Source of the DNA: Vicugna vicugna
Lineage: Eukaryota
Length of the DNA stretch: 64,000 bases
Direction of reading: 5' to 3'
NCBI GenBank assembly: GCA_013265495.1
Contig: MU058824.1
Coordinates: 930,001-994,000, forward strand
Below, in pieces: positions 52,158 to 64,000 of the stretch. The notes under the pieces are model-generated. The model was given only the letters and a program-made list of their open reading frames with translations, made no database searches and had not been told where the DNA came from. The position numbers were made by a program, and so were the translations under genes. Positions within the stretch are counted from its first letter, which is position 1; every line of letters starts with the position of its first letter.

Positions 52158-54360
52158 CATTAGAGTCAGCAGCCATGTCATAAAGATGGAGCTCCTTTAG
52201 GGAAACTGTTTTTTGAGAGTCATTCAGAGAGGGCACCCAAGGGAAAGAAATCAGGTAAACACAGGGTTTTCAAATCCTGCAACCTGAGGTCCCCCTTACC
52301 TGTGTCATAGCCAGTCCTCCCAGCTGAATTTTTCTGTACACATCTGATAAGCCTGCTTCCAGTAGCTTCCCCCAACTTGCTGATAAAAATATTGCACACA
52401 AAAATTTCTGGAGAAAATAATGCCTTAGATTCATATAACATCATACAATTTATAGGGCAGTTTTCATCCCTACCTCATTTTACTCATTCTACAGAAGAGG
52501 AAAATGAAGCTTAGAGATGCTCTGCCCTCTAGGAATTATTTAACTGCAGTAGGCTCAGCTCCTGTATCTTCTCCCACTCAGTCCCTGAGTGCACCAAGGA
52601 CTCATTCCTCTGGCAGCAGGGGATGCTGGGAGTATCCTCCATCCTGACCCTCATGGCCTCCTTTCCAGCTTCCTGGATTCATATCTGTGTGAGGAGCCAA
52701 GATCAGGCTTCCTGACTCCCTGTGACCATAGCTGTGACACTCACATACCCTTCTGACCATAGACCTCACACTCCCCATGGTGACCTGGCTGCCTTGGTAA
52801 GAGGACCTCTCCTGGCCAGCATGTCAGGGACAGCTGCTCGGCTCATGTACTCTGGCCAGGAGGCATTACTGACCCTGTGATTTGGCCCTTCAGCCGAACT
52901 GGCAGATGGGCACAGGTGCCTTGTTGTGATGCTGCTCCCTCTCAAGTGAGCAAGTCTGACCACTAATCACCCAGCTGGGGACAGCCCAAGTCAGCTGAGG
53001 GGTGGGCTGTTTCCAAGTGGAACCCCAAAATACTGCTGATCTGAAATTTAGCTGTCTCTGGGATAGCATTAACAGCCCATGCCAGGTCACATGCTGCACA
53101 AACACTCTCAATATCCAACACTCATTCTAACAGCTTGTTCAAGGCCTGTTGGCCTGGTTTAGAAGTTTATTGCATGACAGTCTTCTACCCCAATAGCTCA
53201 TGAACGCATGGAGAACCGATTTCCTACATTCCCAAAGCCATCTCCCCAGTGATACAGAAAAACCCAGCATTTCCTCCCTCCTCTTCATCTCCCACATCTC
53301 TCATTCATTATAAGCCTAAGGAAAGGAATCAAGGACAATGAATCTTCATAAAATAATAAAATCCTGACTGGTCTCAGTCCCACCTGCATCATCCCAGCAC
53401 TGCCTACCCTGACCCACACCATCAGACCTCTTACCCCAGCAGCATCTCAGGGTGGCTCCACACTCCCCTTTCAGTGGCTCCTTCTCCCACCTGCATGGCT
53501 CAGCAGCTCTCTCCATGGTCTGCTGACCGTGGCTCCAACCCTTTCTAGTAATATTGCTCCTTCTCCCTGGGCTACTTTGTCAAGGCTACAACAGTGGAGA
53601 GCACCTGACCCCTGGCTGCAGAGTAGAGTAGATAACAGGAAACAAGAGCAGATGGAGAGTGGAGGTGGCTAGAGCAGGGCAGGTGGGAAATGATGGTGGC
53701 TGGGTCTAGGGTGGTGATTGTGGAGAAATCAAAATGGGAGGTGTGAAAGCTGAGCCTGTGCTGGAAAGAATGTCAAAGAGGGCTCAAGCCCCAGATGGAG
53801 GGAGGGGCAGAAGACGAGTCCTTTCCAACCTTGAGAACTTTAAATAGTAAAGGGGGGTACATTGGCTGGGAGCTATGCCATGACTCTGATTCTAGCTAGA
53901 GTATGCATTTCTTTCTTGGGGTGCAGGATGACAGCACCCATGTCTCCAGAAGCCAAGTGCTTGTATGTCCCAGTGGAGGGCTCTCCAGAGACACCCCTGG
54001 ACCCCTATCTGTGTGCTTGTTCATTACCCCAAGCCACTGCTGAGCATGATTCCCACCTGCTCAGAGGAGGTCATGGGCTCGGAGCACAGGGGGTGGACCC
54101 AGGTGTGGGCTGCACATCGAGCCATGGGACACTGACAGCGAGGCCACCACCATGTCAAGTGGCTGCTCTGATGGGCTTTCTAAAAATACTCCAGGTCCTG
54201 CTGCTCACGGGCACCAGCCCAACCCTCGTGAGTGCCTGGCAGACAGGCATGTGCGACCTGCTCCCTCCTCACTCTCCCCAGTGCCTCCTCTTTAGCTCAG
54301 ATTCTTCTGCTCTCACCCCAATTATGACATGAGCCACCAACTGCTCTCCCTTTTCCACAG

Positions 54361-54378
54361 GGACCACCAGATGGTGCC
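54361..54378 (+). promoter_or_regulatory. Candidate CTCF site
   Basis: GGACCACCAGATGGTGCC vs consensus TGGCCASYAGRKGGCRSY. Confidence 0.45.
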
Positions 54379-54559
54379 TGAAAAACACAGGAGACCACCC
54401 CATCACCAACACCTATCCACTCAGTCACACACTCACTCATTCATTCAATTACTCAACATGCATCCGATTTACACTTCATGTGCCAATGCAAAGTGCCTTT
54501 TCTAGGCCAGGCCTTGTGGGAGATGCCACAGATTGGGTGGGCGAAGTCAGACACAAAAG

Positions 54560-55045
54560 AATGTGGGAATCCATTTAAGTGATACTCAAGAATAGGCAAA
54601 TCTAATTTGGAACTATGAACGTCAGAGTACTGGCTACATCTTGAGGGGGGTGTAGTTATTGACTGAGAAAGGATAGGAAGGAGTTTTCTGGGATCTGAGA
54701 TGTTCTCTTGATCTGAGTGATGGTCTCATGGGTGCAATAATACCTTAAAATGTACTGAGCTATAAATTTAAGATTCATGCCTTTTACTATGTATGTTATG
54801 TCTCAATCACTTTTTGCTGTATTACTCTGGCTTTACTTTTTATAGTTACATACATACCCATGACTCAAGAATAGATGAGAAAGTTGCTTACCAAACTTTG
54901 AACAGTGGTTGTCACTGATTGATGAGATGATAGTGGATTTTTTAATCTCCTTCTTTATTCTTTACTAAATTTCCCAATATTCTGCACTGAAAATATCTTG
55001 CTTATGTAATGAGATTAAATATATTGAATGTTATTTTGAAAGAAA
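54560..55045 (+). mobile_element. Ancient L1M 3' end remnants
   Basis: AATAGGCAAATCTAATTT...GTCAGAGTACTGGCTAC...TTAAGATTCATGCCTTTTACTATGTATGTTAT. Confidence 0.6.
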
Positions 55046-56587
55046 TAACACTAGAGGTGAAACACTGGGCAAGCACGAGGTAGATGGCTCTCCTCCCAGC
55101 GGGGACAGAGCCTGCTCACGAGCTTTCGTCCTCTTGGACGATGAGGGCATGGGCTTAGGAGTCCTGATCCAGGTCTGTGGGATTTCAGCATGACTAAATA
55201 AAGCTGCTGGCCCACTGTGGGCAGTGAGGTAGGGCTGCTGGAGGAACCCTGGGGCTTTCCTCTCGCTCCTGAAGGAAGGAGCCTCTGGGCATTCTGTAAC
55301 CTCACGGGGCCCATTCTCTGGCTGCCTTAGAATTTACCTGATGCTGGTCTCCTGCACATCTGACCCATTCGGCTGGGGATCCTATGCCTCAGCAGTATGC
55401 AGGCCTCTCCCCTGGACTTAGGGTGATTTTAGGACCCCTCACCTCATCACATCAACAAGAGGGACCTGCCAGCTTGTACCCATTTGGGGCCATGGTGAGG
55501 TAGAAAGAGCTGATGGTGGGAGTATTAAAGGAAAAACAAAACCAGATTAAGTCTGGAAAACCCTAAGGAAAGAAGAAAAGGGAAGATGGAGGAATCTCTC
55601 CAGTCCTTGGTTTTCTTACTAGGAAATGAGGCTGTTGTGAGATTAACGCATGAATGAGCATATGGAAAGTGCTGGAATTGAGGGCTGCTTTTGTGCTCAG
55701 GTTTTGCTGACATTTTGGGATATGGAGGTTGGTTGGTTGACTGGCTGGCTCCCCCAACTCCTTCTAGAATCCCAGTGTCCCTCTCAACTATCATAGCTTA
55801 CACAGAGCAGGGGGTGAGATACTTGTTTTGTGCCCGAAGCCTGATTTCTGCATTGGCAGAGCCAATGGGGTCAGGTGATGAATATCTGCTTGTGATTCAC
55901 AACTGTATTTCATATATCCAACCTGGATCCTAAAGTCGCTTCCCCCTCCCTCAAGCCTCCCCTCCTGCCCCCGACACATAGGCTCCCACAGAGAAGTCAT
56001 GTGAGGCCTTCTCAGATTGAGCCCTGGAATGAGCCAGCAGCCCAGCTTCTGCCCTGTGACACACACAGCCTCCAGCAGTCACATGGCCTCCAACTGCCAC
56101 CACCTGCCTTCTGTCCCCGGTCTGATGCCCTCTCTCTGGCAGGCTTTCTGAGCTGACTCGTCCCTCCAGGCTCAGCTTGGCAGGCAGCGGGACTGAGGGA
56201 CAGAGGGGACAGGGCCAAGAGGCTTGGACAGTTTTGGTCTCAGCCGACCTCGGGTGGGACCCCGTCCAGGAGTCTCCTCAGCACCACGTGGTATTCCCCA
56301 CAGGGGATTAGGTGCCCTGCTGGCCTGGTGCAGAGGTGGACAGAGCTGTTGGCAGCTGGCTCTGTGCAGCCAGCCCCAGCCAGAGCCCCCATGAGCTGGG
56401 AGCTGGAGCCACAGGTGCCGAGATCAAGCTGTGTGGTGAGCCAAGGACACCATCCAGCCGTGCACCTCGTGGAAAGGCTGGAAGCCAGGCACTGCCAGGC
56501 CTTAGAAGGAGAGAACAGGGCAAATATAGGAGGGGCCATCTCTGTACATATTATATTCAAAAAAAAGCAAAAGAAAAATCTCTAGAG

Positions 56588-56794
56588 AAGTGATTCTCAA
56601 CTGAGAACAGTTTTGCCACCCCGGAGACGACAGCTGAAGACATTTTTGGTTGTCACAGCTGGGGGAGTGCTAGTGGTATCCAGTAGGTAGAGGCCAGGAT
56701 GCTGTAGCTGAACCTCCTACAAGGCACCAGACAGCACCCAAAACAAAGGCTTATCCATCCTCAGTGTCAGTAATGCCCCAGTTGAGAAACTCTG
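56588..56794. mobile_element. MER20 hAT-Charlie DNA transposon
   Basis: AGTGATTCTCAAC...GACATTTTTGGTTGTCACAGCTGGGG...GTAGAGGCCAGGATGCT...GTTGAGAAACTCTG. Confidence 0.8.
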
Positions 56795-58004
56795 CTATAG
56801 AGAGAAAGCAACCAACCCTCCGGGGGAGGATCTGAACAGGGCCCCAGAACCCGTCTGCCTCTCAGAGTGAGCTGGGACTGTCACGCTAAGACTTGGAACC
56901 ATTCAGTACCTGCCCAGTGCCTTCAGATTCGAACCCAAACCTCTTGGCATATGCACCAAGCCTTACTTCCAGGATCTGGCTTACCCTTAAGCCTTACCTC
57001 TTCTGGGATTTTGGTCACATCAAACCATTCACAGTGTCCCAGCACCTCAAGGCCTTTGCCCTTGAGAGGGGATCCCACATTCTTTGTCTCTGGGATCCTC
57101 TCCTATTTCCATCTGGCAAGTACTCACCCAGCCTTCTGGGTCTGGTTGTGCATTTCCGCATCCGGGAAGCCCCTTGTACCCTCATGGCCCTGGGGAGGCA
57201 CACAGCACCTCTACCATAGATTCTCACACAGGACAGGTGCTGGCACAGCAGACCTGTGTGTCTGTATCTCCCATCAGACTGTGGGTTCCCTTTGGGGTTC
57301 AGGGCTGTCTCCCTAGTGCCTGGGGTAACCTTGAACAATGGGAGCCAGTCTCTCCTTGATCTTGTGTATGCGCAGGTCTAGCCAATTGTCCCTCAATGGC
57401 AGGAGATGCATAGGGAGCTGGAGAAAATGCAGAGTGAGGTGAGGCCAACTGGCCCAAGGAAAGCAGATGGGAAGCAGAGACAGGAATGAGTCTGAGGGAC
57501 CAGCCAAACAGGGTCTGGTAACAAAGCCAAAGAGGAGCAGAGATCAGAAGAAAGATAGTCTGTGCAAATTCCAGAGGTGGTGTCTGTGAGCTCCCAGCTC
57601 CTCCCGTGATAGGTCTGCAGCATCCAGGACTGGGATTGCCACCAAGTGCTTGGCAAGTGCATGTTATACAGATGGGGAACTTTGGTCATTCACATGTAAG
57701 AGCAAGGTCAGTTACTTGTCCTCAAATCAACATTATGTGGAAGGCAGGGCAATAGGGGACATTCCCATTTCGTAGATGAGGAGGCTGAGGCTCAAGGAGG
57801 TAAAGAGATTGTCCCCAAATTGCCAATACTGCATCCCTACCTCCTTCCTTCTTTGGCTGCACCATTCTGAGTAAGCCAAGATAAGGTCAATCAGCTCATT
57901 CCTGCACCATTGGTTTGATTTCCATGGGCAATCCCAAAAGATGATGAAAAAGAACAGTTCTCCAATGCCACCTCTTGTGAGCTCAGTTACCCACAGAATT
58001 TAGT

Positions 58005-58830
58005 TTTGTGTTTTGTAGCTATCTTGAGATACAATTGTCCTGCAATAAACTGCATATATTTAAAGCATACAATTTGAAGAGAGTTGATGTGTACTCCTGT
58101 GAAACCATAGCCACGACTGAGACAATGAATTTATGTCCACCACCCCTGAAAGTTTCCTCAGGCTCCTTTATTAATCCATCCTTCTCACCCCTGTTCACAT
58201 ACCCCTCCATACACACAGGCAGCCACTGACTTGCTTTCTGTTGTTCCTATTGCATTTTCTAGAACTTACATAAATGGAATCACACAGGATATACTCATCT
58301 TTATTTGGCTTCTTTCAGTCAGCATAATTATTTTGAGATTCATGCATGTTGTTGCATTTATCAGAAGTCTATTCCTTTTTATTATTGAGTGGTGTTCCAT
58401 TATATGAATATACCACAATTTGTTCATTCACCTGCTAGTCAGTTTTGGGCTATTACAAATAAAGTTGCCATGAGCATTATGTACAAGTCTTTGTGTGGCA
58501 TATGCTTTCGTTTTTCTTGGGTAAATACCTAAGAGTAGATTGACTGGGTCATATGGTCAGTTTGTGTTTAACTTTTTATGAAATTGCCAAACTGCTTTCC
58601 AAATTAATTGTACCATTTTACATTCCCATCAGCAATGTATGAGTCCAATTCCTGTACATCTTCATCAACACGAAGTATGCCCAGAGTTTTTAACTCTAGC
58701 CAATCTAGTAGGTATGGTGGTATCTTACTGTGGTTTTAATTTGCATCTTCCTAATGACTGATGATGTTGAGCACCTTTTCATGTGCTTATTTGCCATCCA
58801 TATAGCCTCAATTAAAGTGTCTATTCAAAG
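58005..58830 (-). mobile_element. Older L1 (L1MB/MC-like) 3' end, antisense
   Basis: AAACTGCATATATTTAAAGCATACAATTTG...TTTTGAGATTCATGCATGTTGTTGCAT...TTAATTTGCATCTTCCTAATGACTGATGATGTTGAGCACCTTTTCATGTGCTTATTTGCCAT. Confidence 0.8.
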
Positions 58831-58889
58831 GAAAAATTTTGGAAGAGTATCATATTTGCTTATGTCAGATATAGCAAAGTACGTAATTT

Positions 58890-59843
58890 CTTTAACATTC
58901 TTTATTGATTTATAATCATTTTACAATGTTGTGTCAAATTCCAGTGTTCAGCACAATTTTTCAGTCATTCATGGACATATACACACTCATTGTCACATTT
59001 TTTTCTCTGTTAGTTATCATAACATTTTGTGTATATTTCCCTGTGCTATACAGTGTAATCTTGTTTATCTATTCTACAATTTTGAAATCCCAGTCTATCC
59101 CTTCCCACCCTCCACCCCTCTGGTAACCACAAGTCTGTATTCTCTGTCTGTGAGTCTATTTCTGTCCTGTATTTATGCTTTGTTTTTGTTTGTTTGTTTG
59201 TTAGATTCCACATATGAGCAATCTCATATGGTATTTTTCTTTCTCTTTCTGGCTTACTTCACTTAGAATGACATTCTCCAGGAGCATCCATGTTGCTGCA
59301 AATGGCATTATGTTGTCGGTTTTTATGGCTGAGTAGTATTCCATTGTATAAATATACCACCTCTTCTTTATCCAGTCACCTGTTGATGGACATTTAGGCT
59401 GTTTCCATGTTTTGGCTATTGTAAATAGTGCTGCTATGAACATTGGGGTGCAGGTGTCATCCTGAAGTAGATTTCCTTCTGGATACAAGCCCAGGAGTGG
59501 GATTCCTGGGTCATATGGTAAGTCTATTCCTAGTCTTTTGAGGAATCTCCACACTGTTTTCCATAGTGGCTGCACCAAACTGCATTCCCACCAGCAGTGT
59601 AGGAGGGTTCCCCTTTCTCCACAGCCTCTCCAGCATTTGTCATTTGTGGATTTTTGAATGACGGCCATTCTGACTGGTGTGAGGTGATACCTCATTGTAG
59701 TTTTGATTTGCATTTCTCTGATAATTAGTGATATTGAACATTTTTTCATGTGCTTTTTGATCATTTGTATGTCTTCCTTGGAGAATTGCTTGTTTAGGTC
59801 TTCTGCCCATTTTTGGATTGGGTTGTTTATTTTTTCCTTATTG
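58890..59843 (-). mobile_element. Young 5'-truncated LINE-1 (~950 bp) with a 17-bp TSD
   Basis: TSD AGCAAAGTAC(G/A)TAATTT at 58873-58889 and 59844-59860. Contains the ORF2 C-terminus and a 3' UTR with AATAAA. Confidence 0.93.
59201..59843 (-). pseudogene. LINE-1 ORF2p C-terminal fragment (~213 aa, includes the CCHC zinc knuckle), uninterrupted but lacking EN and RT
   Basis: [22 protein letters not shown]...[11 protein letters not shown]...[18 protein letters not shown]...[13 protein letters not shown]...YHM is canonical L1 ORF2p. The first ~23 aa of ORF 59201..59914 come from flanking DNA. Confidence 0.93.
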
Positions 59844-60307
59844 AGCAAAGTACATAATTTTGAACATGGTTTTTGAAAACTGTCAGACCTGGTTTCACAA
59901 ACTGGCTTGGCCACTAACTGTGCAACTTAAGATAAATGGCTTACCTTCTCTGAACTTCATTTTCTTCTTGTGTAAAATGAAGATAATAATAGAGCCTGAT
60001 AAGGTTTAAATGAGCATCAAATAATTAATAACTTTAAAGTATTTAACTCAAGATCTAGCATGTAGAACTTAATAAATATTATTAATAATTATTATTATAA
60101 CATCTCTGTTGTTCTGATTTGAATTGTAACAAGCAAGACCCCTGGCATACCTCAAAAACTAATCTCTATGAGAATTAAATGGTGTTTCATGTCCAATACA
60201 GTAGTTACACATTATCTTTTTTATCACTAGTTATGTGAAAAATGGAATTTAGTACAAGTCTGATATGTCAGAGTTGAAAGAGTCCTTAGAGATATTTAAA
60301 CCAACTC

Positions 60308-61190
60308 TGTGCCTTAGCTCAGGTTCTCTAGAAATTAGAGCCTGAGGCAGGGATACAATACTGGGACTTTACTTGGAAGGTGCAAACTCAGGGTGTTTAG
60401 GGTGAGGAAAAAATTCAGAAGTGAGATGAGGGAAGGTACAGGGGTTATCACTCAGGTAACCACTGCCCAACTACTCACTGAGGTGCCAAAAAAACAGTAA
60501 GTCTCTCAGCAGGTGTGCTTTCACAGCACATGGAAATTCCCTGGAAGGTTTCCGTAGAGAAAACATACTTCACAGAAGTCCAGGGAGGGGAGAAATGGGG
60601 CACTTGTGTCTGTCAGTTTCCTGCCTGTGGTCAAGGCTCACCCCTTGCACCTCCAGAGTGTCATCCAGCACTGTGGTCGCTATTTAGGAAAGCATCCCAC
60701 ATCCTGCCTTGTGGCATTTCATCCAAGACCAGCTTAGTTCAGATAGGATGCCAGCCAGGGAAGAAAAAGATGTGCAAGACTCATATCCTGTCTTAGGCTG
60801 GGCACCTGCAGAAGGGGACCCTGAGTCAAAGATTTGAGTACAAGAGGTTTGGGGGGAATGGAATTCAGGAAGCATGGGTAGAAGAGTAGAGAGGGGAGAC
60901 AGGGAAGGAAGCTGATATAGGGAGTCGTGTTGAGGAGGCTACTGGTATGGGCATCTGGGGCACAGTCCTACTGGGGACATCTAGAAGACAATATGAAACT
61001 CATTTCACGGTTGTCGCACCTGCAAGGTGAGGAAGCTGGGATAGCTACCTCCAATGGTTTGTCATTGGCTGAGGGCTGCTGCTGGGAACATTAACTTCCA
61101 TGACCCCTCCCACCAGAGAAAGGAGGAGAGTCCCAGTTGCTGGCGGTAGGATGCCTTTGGCAAGTCCTGGAATGGTGAAGGCAGCATCAG
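60308..61190. mobile_element. Two adjacent ERVL-type (LTR16/LTR33-like) solo LTR remnants (~60308-60785, ~60789-61190)
   Basis: Each starts TG(T/C)CTTAG...CCTGAG(G/T)CA..GAT. The second has TACAAGAGGTTTGGGGGG...GTCATTGGCTGAGGGCTGCT. Confidence 0.5.
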
Positions 61191-61196
61191 TTATAT

Positions 61197-61406
61197 CAGG
61201 GGTCAGCAAACTATTTCTTAAAGGGCCAGAGAGTAAATGTTTTATGTTTATGGGCTATGCCATTTCTGTAGCAACTAGTCCACTCTGCTGTTGTAGCTCA
61301 GCCATAGATAATAAATATGTAAACAAATGGGACTGGCTTTGTCCCAATAAAACATTATTTAGCAAAACAGGCAGCCAACCTGCAGGCTGTAGTTTGCAGG
61401 CCTCTG
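61197..61406. mobile_element. MER58A DNA transposon
   Basis: CAGGGGTCAGCAAACTATTTCTTAAAGGGCCAGAGAGTAAAT...CCAATAAAACATTATTTAGCAAAACAGGCAGC...GTAGTTTGCAGGCCTCTG. Confidence 0.85.
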
Positions 61407-61994
61407 TTCTACATGTATGAATTATCCCATTTTGCAGACAGAGAAACTAAGGCCCAGTAGAAAAAAAGCAACTAGTTATATAGGAGTCCGAGGAATATCT
61501 CTTGACCTGCCCAATGTGGTCTCCACTGTATCTTGTTACCTCTTTACTGGGAGCTTGATATAACTTTTCGTAGACTTGCAGCCAGAACTCTTCCAGAGAG
61601 CATCTGTGTAACCCATAATTCTTATTAAATTACACTGGTTTGTTTCCTCTTGGTGGCCAGAGGGATCTCAGGGACTGAAGCCTTGCAGTCTTCTAGGACG
61701 GCTCAGAGCATCTTCTGGGAGCCTCCCCCATCCCATGCCTTCCTCCATTAGGCTCTGCCTTGGCTGCTTTGGCAGAGCATCTCCCAACAGCGGCCACAAA
61801 GCACAGAGTGAAAAAGCAGTTAGAACTTTGGAGCCTGTAAAAACTCTAAAAATATCCAGGAATGTGTGCACATATGTGGCCCTTCTGTGATCAAAACATC
61901 TGGGTAGAAGATCAAATGCTGTTCTTTAATTTGCCTAAAATTCTGCGAGGACTTGGGAAAGGAAAGGAAGTTGCAAGTCATTGACTTTACTTGG

Positions 61995-62145
61995 GGAAGG
62001 ACGTCATAAGAGTTTTGTTTTTTTTAGGCAGAATAAGTTATGCGCATGCAGAATCCTCCCCTGGGGGAAGTCCTGGACCTGGTTTCCTTGGGATTCTGAG
62101 GATTGTTTCTCATAATGGGGGCGGAATGTTCATTGGCTACAGGGT
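61995..62145. promoter_or_regulatory. Promoter-like motif cluster (CRE, NRF1-like, EBF-like, NF-kB-like, GC box, CCAAT)
   Basis: GACGTCA 62000-62006; TGCGCATGC 62041-62049; TCCCCTGGGGG 62057-62067; GGGGAAGTCC 62064-62073; GGGGCGG 62118-62124; ATTGGCT 62132-62138. Confidence 0.5.
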
Positions 62146-62674
62146 TGAATTCCTGGTTTGATGCCTGTTTAAAAAAAAAAAAAAAAGAGGATTAAAAATA
62201 CCAAGTCCCTCAATTAGAGCACTAGGAGTGGGTGATAATGTTGTGAATCATTAAATGTCAGGTTTGTAGAAGGCCTAGTATGAGCCATGCATTTGTCAGA
62301 CGAGGAAACTGAGACTAAAGAGAGAGCTGTCCAGATATCCCATGGAAGATGGCAGTAACAGGGCTGAAATGCATGCGTCCTGACTCCCAGACTAGTGGGG
62401 ATTGGGATGAGGAGTTGGAGGAAAGGGTCAATTCTGGTTCCACTACATCTAAGCTGTATGACCTTGTCTATACATTAAAGATGATATTGATTAGTTTTGT
62501 CTGTAAGAAGCCAGGAATGGAACCTCTGGATCTTATGCTGTGAACTATGTCCTTTCCTCAGGCTGTGCCCTAACTCTGGAGCAGGAAAAGCTAGCCACTC
62601 CCTAAAGCTAAGGCAGCCTGACTAAGCCACCCACCCACACTCTCTTCAACTGCATGCCACACTCTGGTTTCCAC

Positions 62675-62889
62675 TGGCCACTGGAGGGCAAACAGTGGCT
62701 TCTTAGACACTCCTCACTTAGGAGATGAAAGGAAGACTCAAAAAATAAAATGCAAAGAGAAAAGGGAATAAGCAGAGCCTGCTACTCGGAATTTTTCAAT
62801 TTACCCCTCATCATGGAAAACTATAATCCAACCATGTGCCTGACTTGATCTCCACCAGACTTGAAACTTAGTGCACCCTCTAGAGGCCA
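62675..62889. promoter_or_regulatory. Pair of candidate CTCF motifs in convergent orientation
   Basis: + strand TGGCCACTGGAGGGCA (62675-62690); - strand TGGCCTCTAGAGGGTGC (62873-62889). Confidence 0.45.
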
Positions 62890-64000
62890 ACCTTTATCTC
62901 CAGTTAGTCCAGTGCGCTCAAGACCAGACCCATCAGAGGTATAGATAGTCCCCACAAGACAGAAAATCATGAATTACCTCAACAATCTTGGCAAGGCTGT
63001 TGCTCTAATCCTTTCCACTGCTCTTATGTCCTACTTGGTCCTACATGGAACCATTGAGATGGGAGGTTCATACTCCCAAAGTCTTTATAAATGCCTCTTT
63101 CATGCTGCTCCACACTCTCCACAGCAAGCTGAAAAGTCACGTTCTCTCACATTAACCACTTGGTTAACTAGCTGAAAACTACATAATGGACATCCAAAAG
63201 CAACAAACCAGGATCACAACAGAAATTTCCACATTTGCCACCAAACTATAAGTTATCATTGCATCCTCTCCTATTTTAATCAGTCTCCCTTTGCCACAGA
63301 GAACACTCTCCAGCTATGCCAAAAGCTCCTCCTTTTATACCTTGATTCTAGCCATGGAAGCCACAGGAGCTGTAGGAGCCGGGATGGAAACCAGGTCTCT
63401 TCTTTAGTAGCTGCATGCTGGCATCTTCTGCTGTAGTAACTTTCACACATCCTGAGTTGGGTCCATCCACAGCTAGCTCTCTCATGTGTCCCACTTCCCT
63501 GAAGTTCCAAAAGATCAACAAGACAAATTGCTGTTCCAGGACTCACTTTCAGTAACTGCAAAACACAAACTTATCTCAAAGCCAAATGCCAGTGACATAT
63601 GCTAGCTTCCAGGAGATAAAGACCTGGGATTAAATGAGATTAGAAGAACCCTCCTTAGAGCATACGTCTGGAGATTGGAAAGCATACACATGGCAGAGAT
63701 TGGCTTCATGTTATCTCCATTTCTGGGCTGTCCTGTTTTACATATTGGGAGGTCACATGCTAGGGTATTCTTCATTTGGGAGGTAGGGAAATGGGGCCAG
63801 AGAGTTACTTGGTTTGCTTCCAGTCTAGATGTTTGGCTGGGTGGGTAGCTGTGAAGTCACGTTGATCCTGAGATATGCTTGTGATTTCTACTTTCTGTGG
63901 GTGGGAGGCTGATATTATGCTCTTAGAGGTACTGGTAAGGTACTTACATCCAGGCTGGCTCAAGAAAGTCTGAGTGTATATGCCTGATGTCCTGACTTCC

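Noticed and set aside
53862..54332. 156-aa ORF
   Set aside because: It starts at TTG in a GC-rich, stop-poor region and has no known motif.
56278..56298. RE1/REST-like TCAGCACCACG
   Set aside because: The right half-site (GGACAG) is missing, so it is not a full RE1.

Overview
Mammalian nuclear genomic DNA, most likely from a camelid, judging by a Vic-1-type tRNA-derived SINE and a young L1 with a cetartiodactyl-style 3' UTR. It is intronic or intergenic, and I recognise no host protein-coding gene. Almost all listed ORFs look spurious. The only real protein homologies are the C-terminal ~213 aa of LINE-1 ORF2p (59201-59843, minus, with a 17-bp TSD) and decayed CR1/L3 ORF2 remnants. The window is dense in old interspersed repeats: MIR, L2, L3/CR1, L1M, MaLR/ERVL solo LTRs and MER5/MER20/MER53/MER58/MER82/MER2-type DNA transposons. 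Repeat families were assigned from memory of consensus sequences and their boundaries are approximate. Between the repeats are islands with enhancer- or promoter-like motif content, at about 5.7-6.4, 16.7, 18.2, 26.9, 29.7, 45.1, 49.3 and 62.0-62.9 kb. The most striking structure is an ~85-bp inverted, locally templated insertion flanked by a perfect 22-bp direct repeat inside a CR1/L3 relic (33397-33846). There are also low-confidence candidate exons for a minus-strand transcript. I found no convincing novel multi-gene system.
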